From IMG/VR virus record IMGVR_UViG_3300032303_000175, positions 1-58,242 of that record: 58,242 nucleotides of DNA. One strand, written 5' to 3'. The stretch is from a virus (Duplodnaviria; Caudoviricetes). Numbering within the stretch: position 1 is the first letter of the stretch; each line of letters starts with the position of its first letter. The position numbers and the translations under genes were made by a program. The notes beneath the pieces were generated by a model, which saw only the letters and a list, made by a program, of their open reading frames with translations, was not told the origin of the DNA and made no database searches. Shown here one piece after another: positions 1-9,148 of this stretch.

Positions 1-43
1 ATACTCTATACACATTTAATACTAAAAATATAAGGAAAATACG

Positions 44-967
44 ATGGACATTAATACACTCCGCGCTTCGCGCAATCAAGACTTTGGTGCAATTGCCAAG
101 GAATTCGAAAAAGTAGCAAACCCACAACAATCAAACTCATATGAAGATGACCGTTTCTGGAAGATGGAACGTGATAAAGCTGGTAATGCCACAGCAGTCA
201 TTCGCTTCCTACCACGTGTAGAAGGTGATGAACTTCCATGGGTTAAGATATTCTCTCATGGCTTCAAAGGACCAACGGGTAAATGGTACATTGAGAACTC
301 ACTCACTACACTAGGTCAGAACGATCCAGTCGGTGAACTCAATACAAAACTATGGAACTCTGGTTCAGATGCTAATAAAGAGATAGCACGTCTACAAAAA
401 CGTAGATTGCATTTCATCTCAAACGTTCTAGTTGTATCAGATCCTAAACATCCAGAAAATGAAGGCAAAGTAATGCTATTCAAGTATGGTAAAAAGATCT
501 TTGATATGATCATGAACAAGGCTCGTCCTACATTTGAAGATGAGAAACCAGTCAATGTATTTGATCTATGGGAAGGTGCAAACTTCAAGATCCGTATGCG
601 TACGGTTGAAGGTTATCCTAACTATGACCAATCAGCATTCGCTGAACCAACTCCAGTAGCACCAAGTGATGAAGCTATCTTAGCTGTTGCTAATAAGCAA
701 GTTAAACTAGCAGAGTTTCTTGAAGCTAAGAACTTTAAGAGCTATGACGAACTTAAAGCTAAGTTGGATTCAGTATTAAGTGGTGATGGTCAAGTTCCTA
801 CAGCAGAACAGCTTACTAATGAGCCGTTACCTGTAGCAGAACCTAGATCATTTGCTTCTGCTCCTCCACCTAATGTAGGTGGTATGACTATTACTAAAGC
901 TCCAGAGATCAACGAAGATGACGAAGATGTAATGTCATTCTTTCAAAAAATAGCTGACGAAGCTTAA
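44..967 (+). CDS. gp32: Single-stranded DNA-binding protein, T4 gp32 family
   Basis: DDRFWK, AVIRFLP, HGFKGPTGKWYIENSLTTLG, NYDQSAF motifs; acidic C-terminal tail; SD aagga upstream. Confidence 0.96.
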   Translation: MDINTLRASRNQDFGAIAKEFEKVANPQQSNSYEDDRFWKMERDKAGNATAVIRFLPRVEGDELPWVKIFSHGFKGPTGKWYIENSLTTLGQNDPVGELNTKLWNSGSDANKEIARLQKRRLHFISNVLVVSDPKHPENEGKVMLFKYGKKIFDMIMNKARPTFEDEKPVNVFDLWEGANFKIRMRTVEGYPNYDQSAFAEPTPVAPSDEAILAVANKQVKLAEFLEAKNFKSYDELKAKLDSVLSGDGQVPTAEQLTNEPLPVAEPRSFASAPPPNVGGMTITKAPEINEDDEDVMSFFQKIADEA

Positions 968-980
968 TTAGATGTAAAAG

Positions 981-1007
981 AAAAGGGACCGAAAGGTCCC
1001 TTTTTTT
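981..1007. terminator. Bidirectional rho-independent terminator
   Basis: aaaaGGGACC-gaaa-GGTCCCttttttt: GNRA-loop hairpin flanked by A and T tracts, between convergent genes. Confidence 0.92.
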
Positions 1008-2583
1008 ATGAGGCGAACCTAGACCTATAGTAGTTCTTTATAGTACTGTCTTGATTTCGTATGTTGACTTTCATCAGATTATTCTGTGTTTGTCTTGTGA
1101 TGGTAGTTGGTGCAGATACGATGTTAGTTGAAGGTGTTGCAAATGGATACATTGCAGCTTCTTGGTTATCACCAGACTGTTGATACACTGCATCTGCAGC
1201 TTCAGGAGCTGGAGTTATAACTTGATCAGGTTTAACTTCAATAGCTGGAGCTGTTACAGGCTGTGGAGGAGTTGCCTTTTGTGTTTCATTACTTGCAAAA
1301 CTTGCAAACGGTTTCCATGGACCAGCTTCAAACTTCTTACCAAACATTGAGAAGTTTATTCCTGGTATCTCAATCTTAGATAACCATTCAGTAACGTTTT
1401 CAATTAACTTCTTGACTGTATCTATAGGATGGAACACCATGTCAACAAAGTTTTTAAACATATCTTCGAATGAGAATGAATCAAGGAATTTAGATACAGC
1501 TTTTAGACCAATTGCATTTAATGCAAGTGAAATCCCGTCTTTAATTAGATCAAAGAATCCAAAGATGAAATTTCCTATTAAACCTTTAATAGCACCAGCT
1601 ATAGCTCCCATGATACCTTCTTTTTTATAGCCTTTAATGGCTCCAGTAATAGTATCAAATACCGCAAAAAATATACCTACTAGTTTGAATACTCTACCGA
1701 ATGCTCGCGCAGATTTTATAAAGACATTACCAATTTTACCTAATGATTCAAACGTTCTTGATATGCCACTAAATATTGACATAAATGATTCAGCTTTTAT
1801 AAAAGTTTTTACTATTCTATAAGCATTTTTAAACGTCTTATTGATATAATTAAAAGTGCCTTTAAACATTTCAAAGAAGTTGCCTACTTGTTTTCCAGCT
1901 AATTTAAAATCTTTTACCAAACCTTTAACCCATTTACTTTCAGCGATGTTCTTAAATACGTTAGATACTGGTTTAAAGAAATCACCTATTTGTTTTCCAG
2001 CCAGTTTTAAATCTTTTAATAAGCCTTTCCACCATTTTTCAAATGATTTATAAAGCATAGTTTTTAATTTGCTAGGTGTTAATGCACTAATTATATCTTT
2101 AACTAATTTAGCCCATGTCCTAAGAGCAGCGATAGCTGCAGCAGCAGCTACAGCCAATACTTTTAGCCATGAGAATCCCTCTTTCATTGTCTTCTCTTTA
2201 ACTAGTAAACCATCACGGATCTCTTCTAATAGGCGTAACTCTTTACTCTTAAAATCTTGATCTTCGATATCTTGTTGACTTAAGTCATTCTTAGATTGAG
2301 CCGGAGCTTGTTTCCTAGAACCTTTTATAAATCCAGATAGAATACTTGTACTATTCTCAATAGCCTTTGTCATCTTAACTATGTTCTTATTAAGACCAAT
2401 ATTTAAAGACGTATTAATCTTCTTAAGTTCTGATAAGATCTTATTCTCAGCAGGCAAAGGAGCATCAATAGGAGGTATATTACCTAACTGTGATCTTACA
2501 GTAGAGCTTAAGCCTGAAAGTTTCTCAGACTGTTGCTTCTGTAAGATATACTCTAATGATAGTGATGGATCTTTTTTAGCCAT
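1006..2583 (-). CDS. Probable tape measure / baseplate hub protein (gp29-like)
   Basis: 525 aa, amphipathic helical Lys/Phe/Gly-rich centre with an internal repeat; directly downstream of gp26/gp51. Confidence 0.6.
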   Translation of the reverse strand: MAKKDPSLSLEYILQKQQSEKLSGLSSTVRSQLGNIPPIDAPLPAENKILSELKKINTSLNIGLNKNIVKMTKAIENSTSILSGFIKGSRKQAPAQSKNDLSQQDIEDQDFKSKELRLLEEIRDGLLVKEKTMKEGFSWLKVLAVAAAAAIAALRTWAKLVKDIISALTPSKLKTMLYKSFEKWWKGLLKDLKLAGKQIGDFFKPVSNVFKNIAESKWVKGLVKDFKLAGKQVGNFFEMFKGTFNYINKTFKNAYRIVKTFIKAESFMSIFSGISRTFESLGKIGNVFIKSARAFGRVFKLVGIFFAVFDTITGAIKGYKKEGIMGAIAGAIKGLIGNFIFGFFDLIKDGISLALNAIGLKAVSKFLDSFSFEDMFKNFVDMVFHPIDTVKKLIENVTEWLSKIEIPGINFSMFGKKFEAGPWKPFASFASNETQKATPPQPVTAPAIEVKPDQVITPAPEAADAVYQQSGDNQEAAMYPFATPSTNIVSAPTTITRQTQNNLMKVNIRNQDSTIKNYYRSRFAS

Positions 2584-2723
2584 TATCGGTTATTTTCCTG
2601 TCTCTGTTTCTCTTCTTCTAAGTACTTAATTAACATAGCAACGTAGATATCTCTCTCAAATGGTATCATGTTCTCTAAGTCTTCTAAACTATAATGATGA
2701 TACTGCATTAAAGCGAAGTTCAT
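2583..2723 (-). CDS. gp51: Baseplate hub assembly protein gp51-like (46 aa; absent from ORF track)
   Basis: Manual translation MNFALMQYHHYSLEDLENMIPFERDIYVAMLIKYLEEEKQRQENNR; stop overlaps the next ATG (TAATG); frame stays open upstream to the end of gp26. Confidence 0.85.
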   Translation of the reverse strand: MNFALMQYHHYSLEDLENMIPFERDIYVAMLIKYLEEEKQRQENNR

Positions 2724-2761
2724 CTTATAGAAGTTATGCAAAGACTCATGAGAGAGATTAA

Positions 2762-3475
2762 TTAAAAAAAACTGTTTAAACCCTCTAATACTTTATGATG
2801 AGCCGTACCACATACTGGACAATTATAGTCTACAGCCTGTGACATCTTAGGCATAGTCTCAAAGAACTTCTGAACTTTTTGAAACTGCTCAGATGATAAG
2901 TTATTAACAAATTGTAATAGTTCTTCTCTACTTTGCTCTTTAGCATGATAAACTTGTGTAGAGTCATATATAGAGTCAATACATTCTATGATCACATTAA
3001 ATGCTTCATCAAGGTTTGTATTATCAAGGTTCTGTAGTTTATTGATGACATCGATGGTTGGGTATTTCATCAACACACCTACATCATTAAACAACTCGAT
3101 CTTATTAGTATGCTCTGGGTTCTTAGCGACTTGAACCTTTGTTAAGTCTACTTCTACCTTAGCTACTGCCTTTTCATCTGTACATGTATCGCATTTAATT
3201 AATAACTCTGCGATCTCACCTACAGACTTTGCCCTGATCTGTGTAAACACATACTCGATATCAAACGTAGCGAACGTCTCTACATCTGTGTTATCTTTAA
3301 GGCATGACTTAATCACACCTTTAAGAGATTCAACCATTACTTTAGGATCTTCTGATTGCTGAGCTAAGAGTAATGACTTCTCTTCTTTAATTAAAAACGG
3401 TCTATACTTAACTTCTTTACCATTTGACGGTAACACCAATGTATAGGTTGGTGTATTATTAATAGGTAATGTCAT
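2762..3475 (-). CDS. gp26: Baseplate hub assembly protein gp26-like
   Basis: YRPFLIKEEK, IRAKSVGE, KYPT, FFETMPK, two CxxC pairs, terminal EGLNSFF. Confidence 0.9.
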   Translation of the reverse strand: MTLPINNTPTYTLVLPSNGKEVKYRPFLIKEEKSLLLAQQSEDPKVMVESLKGVIKSCLKDNTDVETFATFDIEYVFTQIRAKSVGEIAELLIKCDTCTDEKAVAKVEVDLTKVQVAKNPEHTNKIELFNDVGVLMKYPTIDVINKLQNLDNTNLDEAFNVIIECIDSIYDSTQVYHAKEQSREELLQFVNNLSSEQFQKVQKFFETMPKMSQAVDYNCPVCGTAHHKVLEGLNSFF

Positions 3476-3476
3476 A

Positions 3477-3911
3477 CTATTCTCCTTTATTCATATCTTT
3501 AATCATCTTACTCAATTCACTTGTAGATCCCACAAATATTGCGTTGTTGTTAGTGACTTGTTTATTTGGTTGGCCTTCAGCGTTAGCTTTAGGTGCATCC
3601 AACTTCTGTTTACGTTCACTTAATGCTAACAGTTGTTCATTAGTATCAGCCAATTGTTTCATTAAGTTACCTACTACTTCAAATGCTCTTGGATGCTCAG
3701 ATTGTTTGGCTATCTCTAGCGCATGAAACAATGCATCTTGTCCTTGATGTAATAACTTATGCAGATTATTACGAGCTGAGTCGTAATCATAATTTACATT
3801 TTCTTCCACTTTATTAGAAGCTGGGACAATCTCTTGCCCCATGCTTGCGACTTCACCCTGCTTAAGTGGTTCTACATCAAATATCTTTGATAAATTCTCA
3901 TCAGACTTCAT
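3477..3911 (-). CDS. gp16: Terminase small subunit
   Basis: DYDSARNNL, SEHPRAFEV, NNAIFVGSTSEL motifs of T4-like gp16. Confidence 0.85.
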   Translation of the reverse strand: MKSDENLSKIFDVEPLKQGEVASMGQEIVPASNKVEENVNYDYDSARNNLHKLLHQGQDALFHALEIAKQSEHPRAFEVVGNLMKQLADTNEQLLALSERKQKLDAPKANAEGQPNKQVTNNNAIFVGSTSELSKMIKDMNKGE

Positions 3912-3926
3912 AATAATACCTTTATG

Positions 3927-4415
3927 TTACGTAATCTTACGTGTTGGTGTTGCTCTAGCTGGGGATTCTGGTTCACTATAATCCTCTACACTAGGCGGAG
4001 CAGGAGGAGTTGGTTCTGACCTAGGAGCTTGTGGTCTAAGTGCCATTGGTTGCATAGGTGGCGCCTCAGACTTTTTTGATGATGAGTATGCATTAGCACC
4101 AAAGAAAGCTGCAACTAAAGCTGAGATAGCAACAAAGTATGTAGGAGCAATATTACCAATAATAGTTGCTGCATCGTCGACGTCTAACCATGAAGCGATA
4201 ACGATAGTTACTGGATAGAGTAACATACCCCATAGAGCGAACCATGTCATCTTACGCATAGCATCTCGCTGAGCATCTTGATCTTCAAGCTCTCTACGTT
4301 TAAACTCTAGATACATTGATAGCTCTTGACTGCTTACATAACCATCGCCGTTTGTATCTGCTTCTTGTAAGTAAGGATAAGCATTATCACTTACACCTCT
4401 TTTTATATCTGCCAT
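3927..4415 (-). CDS. EF-hand-containing membrane protein with two TM helices
   Basis: DTNGDGYVSSQE loop, two hydrophobic segments, Pro-rich C-terminus. Confidence 0.65.
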   Translation of the reverse strand: MADIKRGVSDNAYPYLQEADTNGDGYVSSQELSMYLEFKRRELEDQDAQRDAMRKMTWFALWGMLLYPVTIVIASWLDVDDAATIIGNIAPTYFVAISALVAAFFGANAYSSSKKSEAPPMQPMALRPQAPRSEPTPPAPPSVEDYSEPESPARATPTRKIT

Positions 4416-4424
4416 TTTAATTCC

Positions 4425-5156
4425 TTAAATAAATTTGCTTCCACGTCCAGTTGAAGCTGTTTCTGATGAGAATAATGAAGCTCTTCCTTGCTCAAATGAG
4501 TTAAATCCAGTTTGGAAAGTATTAAAACTAGTAAAGTATGTATCTGGTATTATTTGTGAATCCGTAAAATAATCTCCAAATAAACCATTTGTAGTGTTTG
4601 TAACGGCATTCGGTTTAGTATTAACAGTAACAGAACTTGATATCCAATATTTATAATTCATGCTGACGGTCATCTTCATGACTTCTTTATCTGCATAATC
4701 CATTGTTATCGGATTTATGGTTTTAGGATAACATTGATATAATACTACTTGATATCTACTCTTATCGGCCACATCAAATACTTCAATAGTTATATTTGTA
4801 GTATAATCTTTATAATAATTAAATGATCTAGTTTGTGGATTTTGTATAGCACCCATCCAACTATCAAACATCTTCTTAACTTGCATAGAATTATCTACAT
4901 AGAAACTCATATTAACGTTATCAAATAGCTTATTAAAAGGCACCTCTCTATATTCACCAAAAGTCTTAGCTTGAGTGGTCTCAAGAGTCATTCCTGGTAA
5001 ATTAACATTGTCACAGTATAATAATATCTTTCTAAGATCTAATGCTGCGCCGGCACCTTGCATACTTCTTGGAGGACTAAAGGTGATTGCAAACCTTGAG
5101 TTACGCATCAAGCCTTCGCTCTTAATACTTGCTATGAATTGGTTTAATGTTGCCAT
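4425..5156 (-). CDS. gp54: Baseplate tail-tube initiator, gp54-like (tail-tube fold)
   Basis: CDNVNLPG, NMSFYVD, FDSWM, CYPKTI, YKYW motifs; synteny. Confidence 0.75.
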   Translation of the reverse strand: MATLNQFIASIKSEGLMRNSRFAITFSPPRSMQGAGAALDLRKILLYCDNVNLPGMTLETTQAKTFGEYREVPFNKLFDNVNMSFYVDNSMQVKKMFDSWMGAIQNPQTRSFNYYKDYTTNITIEVFDVADKSRYQVVLYQCYPKTINPITMDYADKEVMKMTVSMNYKYWISSSVTVNTKPNAVTNTTNGLFGDYFTDSQIIPDTYFTSFNTFQTGFNSFEQGRASLFSSETASTGRGSKFI

Positions 5157-5157
5157 C

Positions 5158-5742
5158 TTAGTATCCTAATGAATCTTGCCATACTTTATTTTTATTTGCA
5201 CCAACAAATTGTTCAACTGGTAATAACATAGCAGTGGTCCAATCAGGTGCATCTATCTTTCTAAATCCAGACTTTAAGTGTGAGTTTAAGTAGTGTTTAA
5301 CACATGGTTCTGCCCATTTAAACTTAGACACCCCAGATATTAAATTCCATGAATACTTAATACGAGTATTCTCAGTCATATTTTTATCTGTAGCAAACTC
5401 CATCAATCTCTGTAATAGGATTACTCTAGGCTGATATGGTAGATAGTGCATGTTTAATCCCATGAATCCACCAGATAACTTTTTATATGGGAATACCAAT
5501 GGAAACATATCATAATATGGTAGTTCATCTTTTGTCTTCGGATCATATAAAAACATATATAAACTTCCAGGCATGATCTGTCTACCCATCTTATGCGAGT
5601 CAGAATTTAATACCTTTTGAGCAGTAATGTTCTGTCTTTTAAGAAGGGCCGCCTGTTGTTGGAACCATGCCTTAGACCTAATCGCAGCTTTCTTTAAGTC
5701 GTATTGATTCTGTAAAAATATATCTTTAGGTGATTGAGCCAT
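5158..5742 (-). CDS. gp2: DNA end protector protein
   Basis: YDPKTKDELPYYDMFPLV, GLNMHYLP, CVKHYL, LPVEQF. Confidence 0.93.
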   Translation of the reverse strand: MAQSPKDIFLQNQYDLKKAAIRSKAWFQQQAALLKRQNITAQKVLNSDSHKMGRQIMPGSLYMFLYDPKTKDELPYYDMFPLVFPYKKLSGGFMGLNMHYLPYQPRVILLQRLMEFATDKNMTENTRIKYSWNLISGVSKFKWAEPCVKHYLNSHLKSGFRKIDAPDWTTAMLLPVEQFVGANKNKVWQDSLGY

Positions 5743-5746
5743 TAAC

Positions 5747-5754
5747 TATTTATA
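5747..5754 (-). promoter_or_regulatory. T4-type late promoter TATAAATA for gp2
   Basis: tatttata on + strand; 4 nt upstream of the ATG at 5742. Confidence 0.8.
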
Positions 5755-5756
5755 TG

Positions 5757-6194
5757 CTAATTCAAGCCTAATTCATTTTCAGTAATGATTACAAACTCAT
5801 ACCCTCGATCCTTACACCATTCAGTTGCTGCCTTCCATTTAGCTTGGTTTTTAATAAAAGTTAATGACTCTGTAAGATAGTACTTAGTCTTTCTTCCTGG
5901 ATATATTGGAGGTTGAGTCTGTTTGGCAGGTTTGACTTCAACCAGGTATGTCTTTGTCTGGTTATCTTTGGTCCTAACACGTATTTTAAAGTCAATAAAG
6001 TATCTATGAACGCGATTATCTGTAGGACACCTATATGGGACTATTGTCTCCTCAGAACACCATTTGATTATAGACGGGTTCTTATCGCACCATGAGGCAA
6101 AACGGGTCTCCCAACTTGATCTCATGATAATGTTGGTAGGGTCCCCTTCATACTTCTCAGGAAACATTGGTTTATATCTTCGTTTATGAAACAT
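5757..6194 (-). CDS. gp4: Head completion nuclease
   Basis: KYEGDPTNIIMRSSWE, HRYFIDF, EVKP, NQAKWKAA, ITENEL. Confidence 0.94.
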   Translation of the reverse strand: MFHKRRYKPMFPEKYEGDPTNIIMRSSWETRFASWCDKNPSIIKWCSEETIVPYRCPTDNRVHRYFIDFKIRVRTKDNQTKTYLVEVKPAKQTQPPIYPGRKTKYYLTESLTFIKNQAKWKAATEWCKDRGYEFVIITENELGLN

Positions 6195-6200
6195 CTTCTG

Positions 6201-6215
6201 TATTTATTATAAATA
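6201..6215. promoter_or_regulatory. Back-to-back late promoters
   Basis: TATTTATTATAAATA: TATAAATA on + (6208-6215) and AATAAATA on - (6208-6201) between divergent gp4 and gp48. Confidence 0.75.
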
Positions 6216-6240
6216 ATCAATAAACGTTTAGGAATGTAAT

Positions 6241-7368
6241 ATGGCCGAAATAGGACCAAATTGGAATAACAACTCTACTGTAGAAGATACTGCAAATGGT
6301 AAAAGTCTATATACTGCAAGGGGTGGGGCTGGTTCGTTTGATAATAATAAGTATTCAATAGACCAATTACAATATCCTTCTGACCTAATGGGTTCATTAG
6401 CTGAATATGGCAATAACTATGTTATATTCTATATCAACATAGCATCTGATTCAAAACTATTAAAAGAAGGTTCTGCTCAATCAGTCAATGACTCCACTCC
6501 AAGAGACTATGGTGATTTAACAGCCTTATCAAACAAGTATGGTGGCACTGCTGCGAATGCTGTAGGTGGAACTGCATTATCTGCTGGAGTTGGAGGATTG
6601 GTTGCACAAGCTGGTATAAAGTCATTCGCTACTATTGGTGGAGCTGCAATTGGTGCAGACCTTGCATTAAAGCAGGTTGGATCTACATTTTCTGGTCAAA
6701 AGAAAAGATTAAGCACTGCTATAGCTCTTCATGCTCCTAATACTATGCAGACAACATATAGCGTTAACTATGAAGAAGAAGACCTTGACATATATGCTAT
6801 GGGTCTTGCTGCAGCGGGTGGAGGTTCAGCGTTAGCTAAGGCTGCTATCAGTAAAGGCACTGCTAGTAATGTAATGTCTGATATATTAAGAAATTCAAAC
6901 GTTGTTGGTGGAGCAGTTGCTGCAGGGTTAAAAATTCCTGGTACGGGAGGCATATCAAGACTTACTGGCCTCGCACCTAATCCTAGAAAAGAACAATTAT
7001 TTAAGAACGTGCAGTTCAGAACATTTACGTTTGACTACCAATTCTATCCAAGAGATGCTTCAGAGGCCGCAAACGTAGAGAATATCATTTATCAATTCAA
7101 ATTACACATGCATCCTGAGTTTAAAGATGCGAATAATTTCCTATACGTGTATCCTTCAGAGTTTGATATATTCTATTATCACGGCATAGAAGAAAACTTA
7201 CATGTCAATAGACATACATCATGTGTACTTACAGATATGGTAGTTAATTATACACCAAATGGACAATTTACTTCATTCTCCAATGGTATGCCTACACAAA
7301 TCAACGTTACATTAACCTTTAAAGAGCTTGCTACTCTTACTAAAGAAAAGATACAGGATAAACTATAA
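6241..7368 (+). CDS. gp48: Baseplate tail-tube cap
   Basis: LQYP, NPRKEQLFKNVQFRTFTFDYQFYPR, CVLTDMVVNYTPNG, LTFKEL. Confidence 0.9.
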   Translation: MAEIGPNWNNNSTVEDTANGKSLYTARGGAGSFDNNKYSIDQLQYPSDLMGSLAEYGNNYVIFYINIASDSKLLKEGSAQSVNDSTPRDYGDLTALSNKYGGTAANAVGGTALSAGVGGLVAQAGIKSFATIGGAAIGADLALKQVGSTFSGQKKRLSTAIALHAPNTMQTTYSVNYEEEDLDIYAMGLAAAGGGSALAKAAISKGTASNVMSDILRNSNVVGGAVAAGLKIPGTGGISRLTGLAPNPRKEQLFKNVQFRTFTFDYQFYPRDASEAANVENIIYQFKLHMHPEFKDANNFLYVYPSEFDIFYYHGIEENLHVNRHTSCVLTDMVVNYTPNGQFTSFSNGMPTQINVTLTFKELATLTKEKIQDKL

Positions 7369-7856
7369 TGTATTTCGAAAACTTTCCTACATTTTTATAT
7401 GATTTTAAAATCAATGGTAAGACTGAATATAAGTTAGTCAAAGACATCTCACAGAACGTCCGGGTTCGTAAAGAGATATTATCTGGAGTAACGTTATATG
7501 ATGAGTATGATATCAGAGACGGTGAAACACCAGAGATCATATCAGAAAAGATATATGGCACTCCTCTATATCATTGGGTGGTCATGTTATGTAATGATAA
7601 GTATAACTATATTGATGATTTTCCATTGCCAAGTTTTGAATTACAAAAACATATTACCAATAAGTATGGTATTGGTCATGAATATGACATACATCATTAC
7701 GTAAATGCAAATGGATTTATAGTAGATTCTAGTCAAGGAACTTCTATATCTAACTATGATTATGAGGTTTCTGTAAATGAATCAAAACGTAGGATCAAGT
7801 TAATCTCTCCAACACTATTAAATACTATCATCAAAAACTTTAAAGATCTTATATAA
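7368..7856 (+). CDS. gp53: Baseplate wedge subunit
   Basis: MYFENFP, DGETPEIISEKIYG, HWVVML, NESKRRIKL. Confidence 0.92.
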   Translation: MYFENFPTFLYDFKINGKTEYKLVKDISQNVRVRKEILSGVTLYDEYDIRDGETPEIISEKIYGTPLYHWVVMLCNDKYNYIDDFPLPSFELQKHITNKYGIGHEYDIHHYVNANGFIVDSSQGTSISNYDYEVSVNESKRRIKLISPTLLNTIIKNFKDLI

Positions 7857-9148
7857 TGGCAGCTGATAATGAAGTAATACGGTTTGCGGGAGACGTCGCG
7901 ATCGATAAGATCGAGATCATATCTTCTAATGGCTTTGCCCAAGAAATAACAAACCAAGTAGTAGCCCTTGAGATATATGAAGACTTATGGTCCCCATTCA
8001 TATCAGGAGTGCTAGCATTAAAAGATTCATTAGATCTTACAAACTTATTCCCGTTTGTTGGCGAAGAGTACGTTAATATCAAGATCCATACTCCTTCTTT
8101 TGTTGATAAGACTAAGATAATAAGCGATCAGTATTACATCTATAAGATGACAAATCGTACAATGAGCGGAGACAGGAATGCTATATATGAACTACACTTT
8201 ATATCCAGAGAAGCTATAGTCGACCTAAATAAAGCTACTAGTAAAGCTTATTCAGGTAAATGCTCAGATATAGCACGATCTATAATTACCAGTACAGATG
8301 GATTAGAATCAAAAAAGAGTATTAACATAGAAGATACTCCAAACGGAGTTAAGTTTGTAGCAAACTATTGGCCTCCAGTAAAAAGTCTAAATTATACTGC
8401 AGAGACTTCTGCAAATAGAAATGGTGCTGCTAATTATCTATTCTTTGAAAATAGAACTGGCTTAAACTTTGTATCATTAGATTACTTATACAGTGCTGAT
8501 ACCATACAAGAATTTATATATGATAACTACATGAGAGATTTTACCTCAGATGGTAGAACATATAGAAATATTGAAAAAGAATATCAGCGTATCATAGAAA
8601 TAAACATGCCTGAAGTGTTTGATTACATGGATCGTATTAGATCTGGTATGTATGCAAATAAGATGACTAACTATGATCTAGTTACGAAGAAGTATGTAGT
8701 TAAAACATTTGATATGCTTGATGACTTTAGTAAGAATGTCCACTTAAATGAGTTTGCTCCAGCATCAAAGAAAGTCATAAGAAGATTTAATGCAATGGGA
8801 TTTACATATCCCAAGTATCATTCAAATTTTAATAACTTTGGTGATGTGACTAACTCTAAGACTATTCAAAAACGTATGTCGCAGCTAAGACAGGCTGAAT
8901 CCACTAAGATAGAGATAGTAGTTCCAGGTAGGACTGATTATACCGTTGGTAAAAAAGTAAAAGTTACACTCAATAAATTCAATCCTATAGACGGATCTGA
9001 TTCACAACAAGACACTGTTGATAATATGTTCTCAGGAAACTATATCATATCAGGTATCAATCATTTCATTGATAGAGAGAAACATCAATGCCATATGGAG
9101 TTGATGAAAGACTCATTCATAGTAGATTTAGATAAGGGTGGGAAGTAA
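7856..9148 (+). CDS. Baseplate hub protein (gp27-like)
   Basis: Lies between gp53 and gp5; IYEDL, YLFFEN, VPG..VG, SGNYIISGINH. Confidence 0.7.
   Translation: MAADNEVIRFAGDVAIDKIEIISSNGFAQEITNQVVALEIYEDLWSPFISGVLALKDSLDLTNLFPFVGEEYVNIKIHTPSFVDKTKIISDQYYIYKMTNRTMSGDRNAIYELHFISREAIVDLNKATSKAYSGKCSDIARSIITSTDGLESKKSINIEDTPNGVKFVANYWPPVKSLNYTAETSANRNGAANYLFFENRTGLNFVSLDYLYSADTIQEFIYDNYMRDFTSDGRTYRNIEKEYQRIIEINMPEVFDYMDRIRSGMYANKMTNYDLVTKKYVVKTFDMLDDFSKNVHLNEFAPASKKVIRRFNAMGFTYPKYHSNFNNFGDVTNSKTIQKRMSQLRQAESTKIEIVVPGRTDYTVGKKVKVTLNKFNPIDGSDSQQDTVDNMFSGNYIISGINHFIDREKHQCHMELMKDSFIVDLDKGGK

Noticed and set aside
1-43. gp32 autoregulatory leader or pseudoknot
   Set aside because: Only 43 nt of AT-rich leader is visible, too little to support a structure.
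1162-2629. Cluster of short plus-strand ORFs opposite the tape measure gene
   Set aside because: They are antisense shadows with no recognisable motifs or translation signals.
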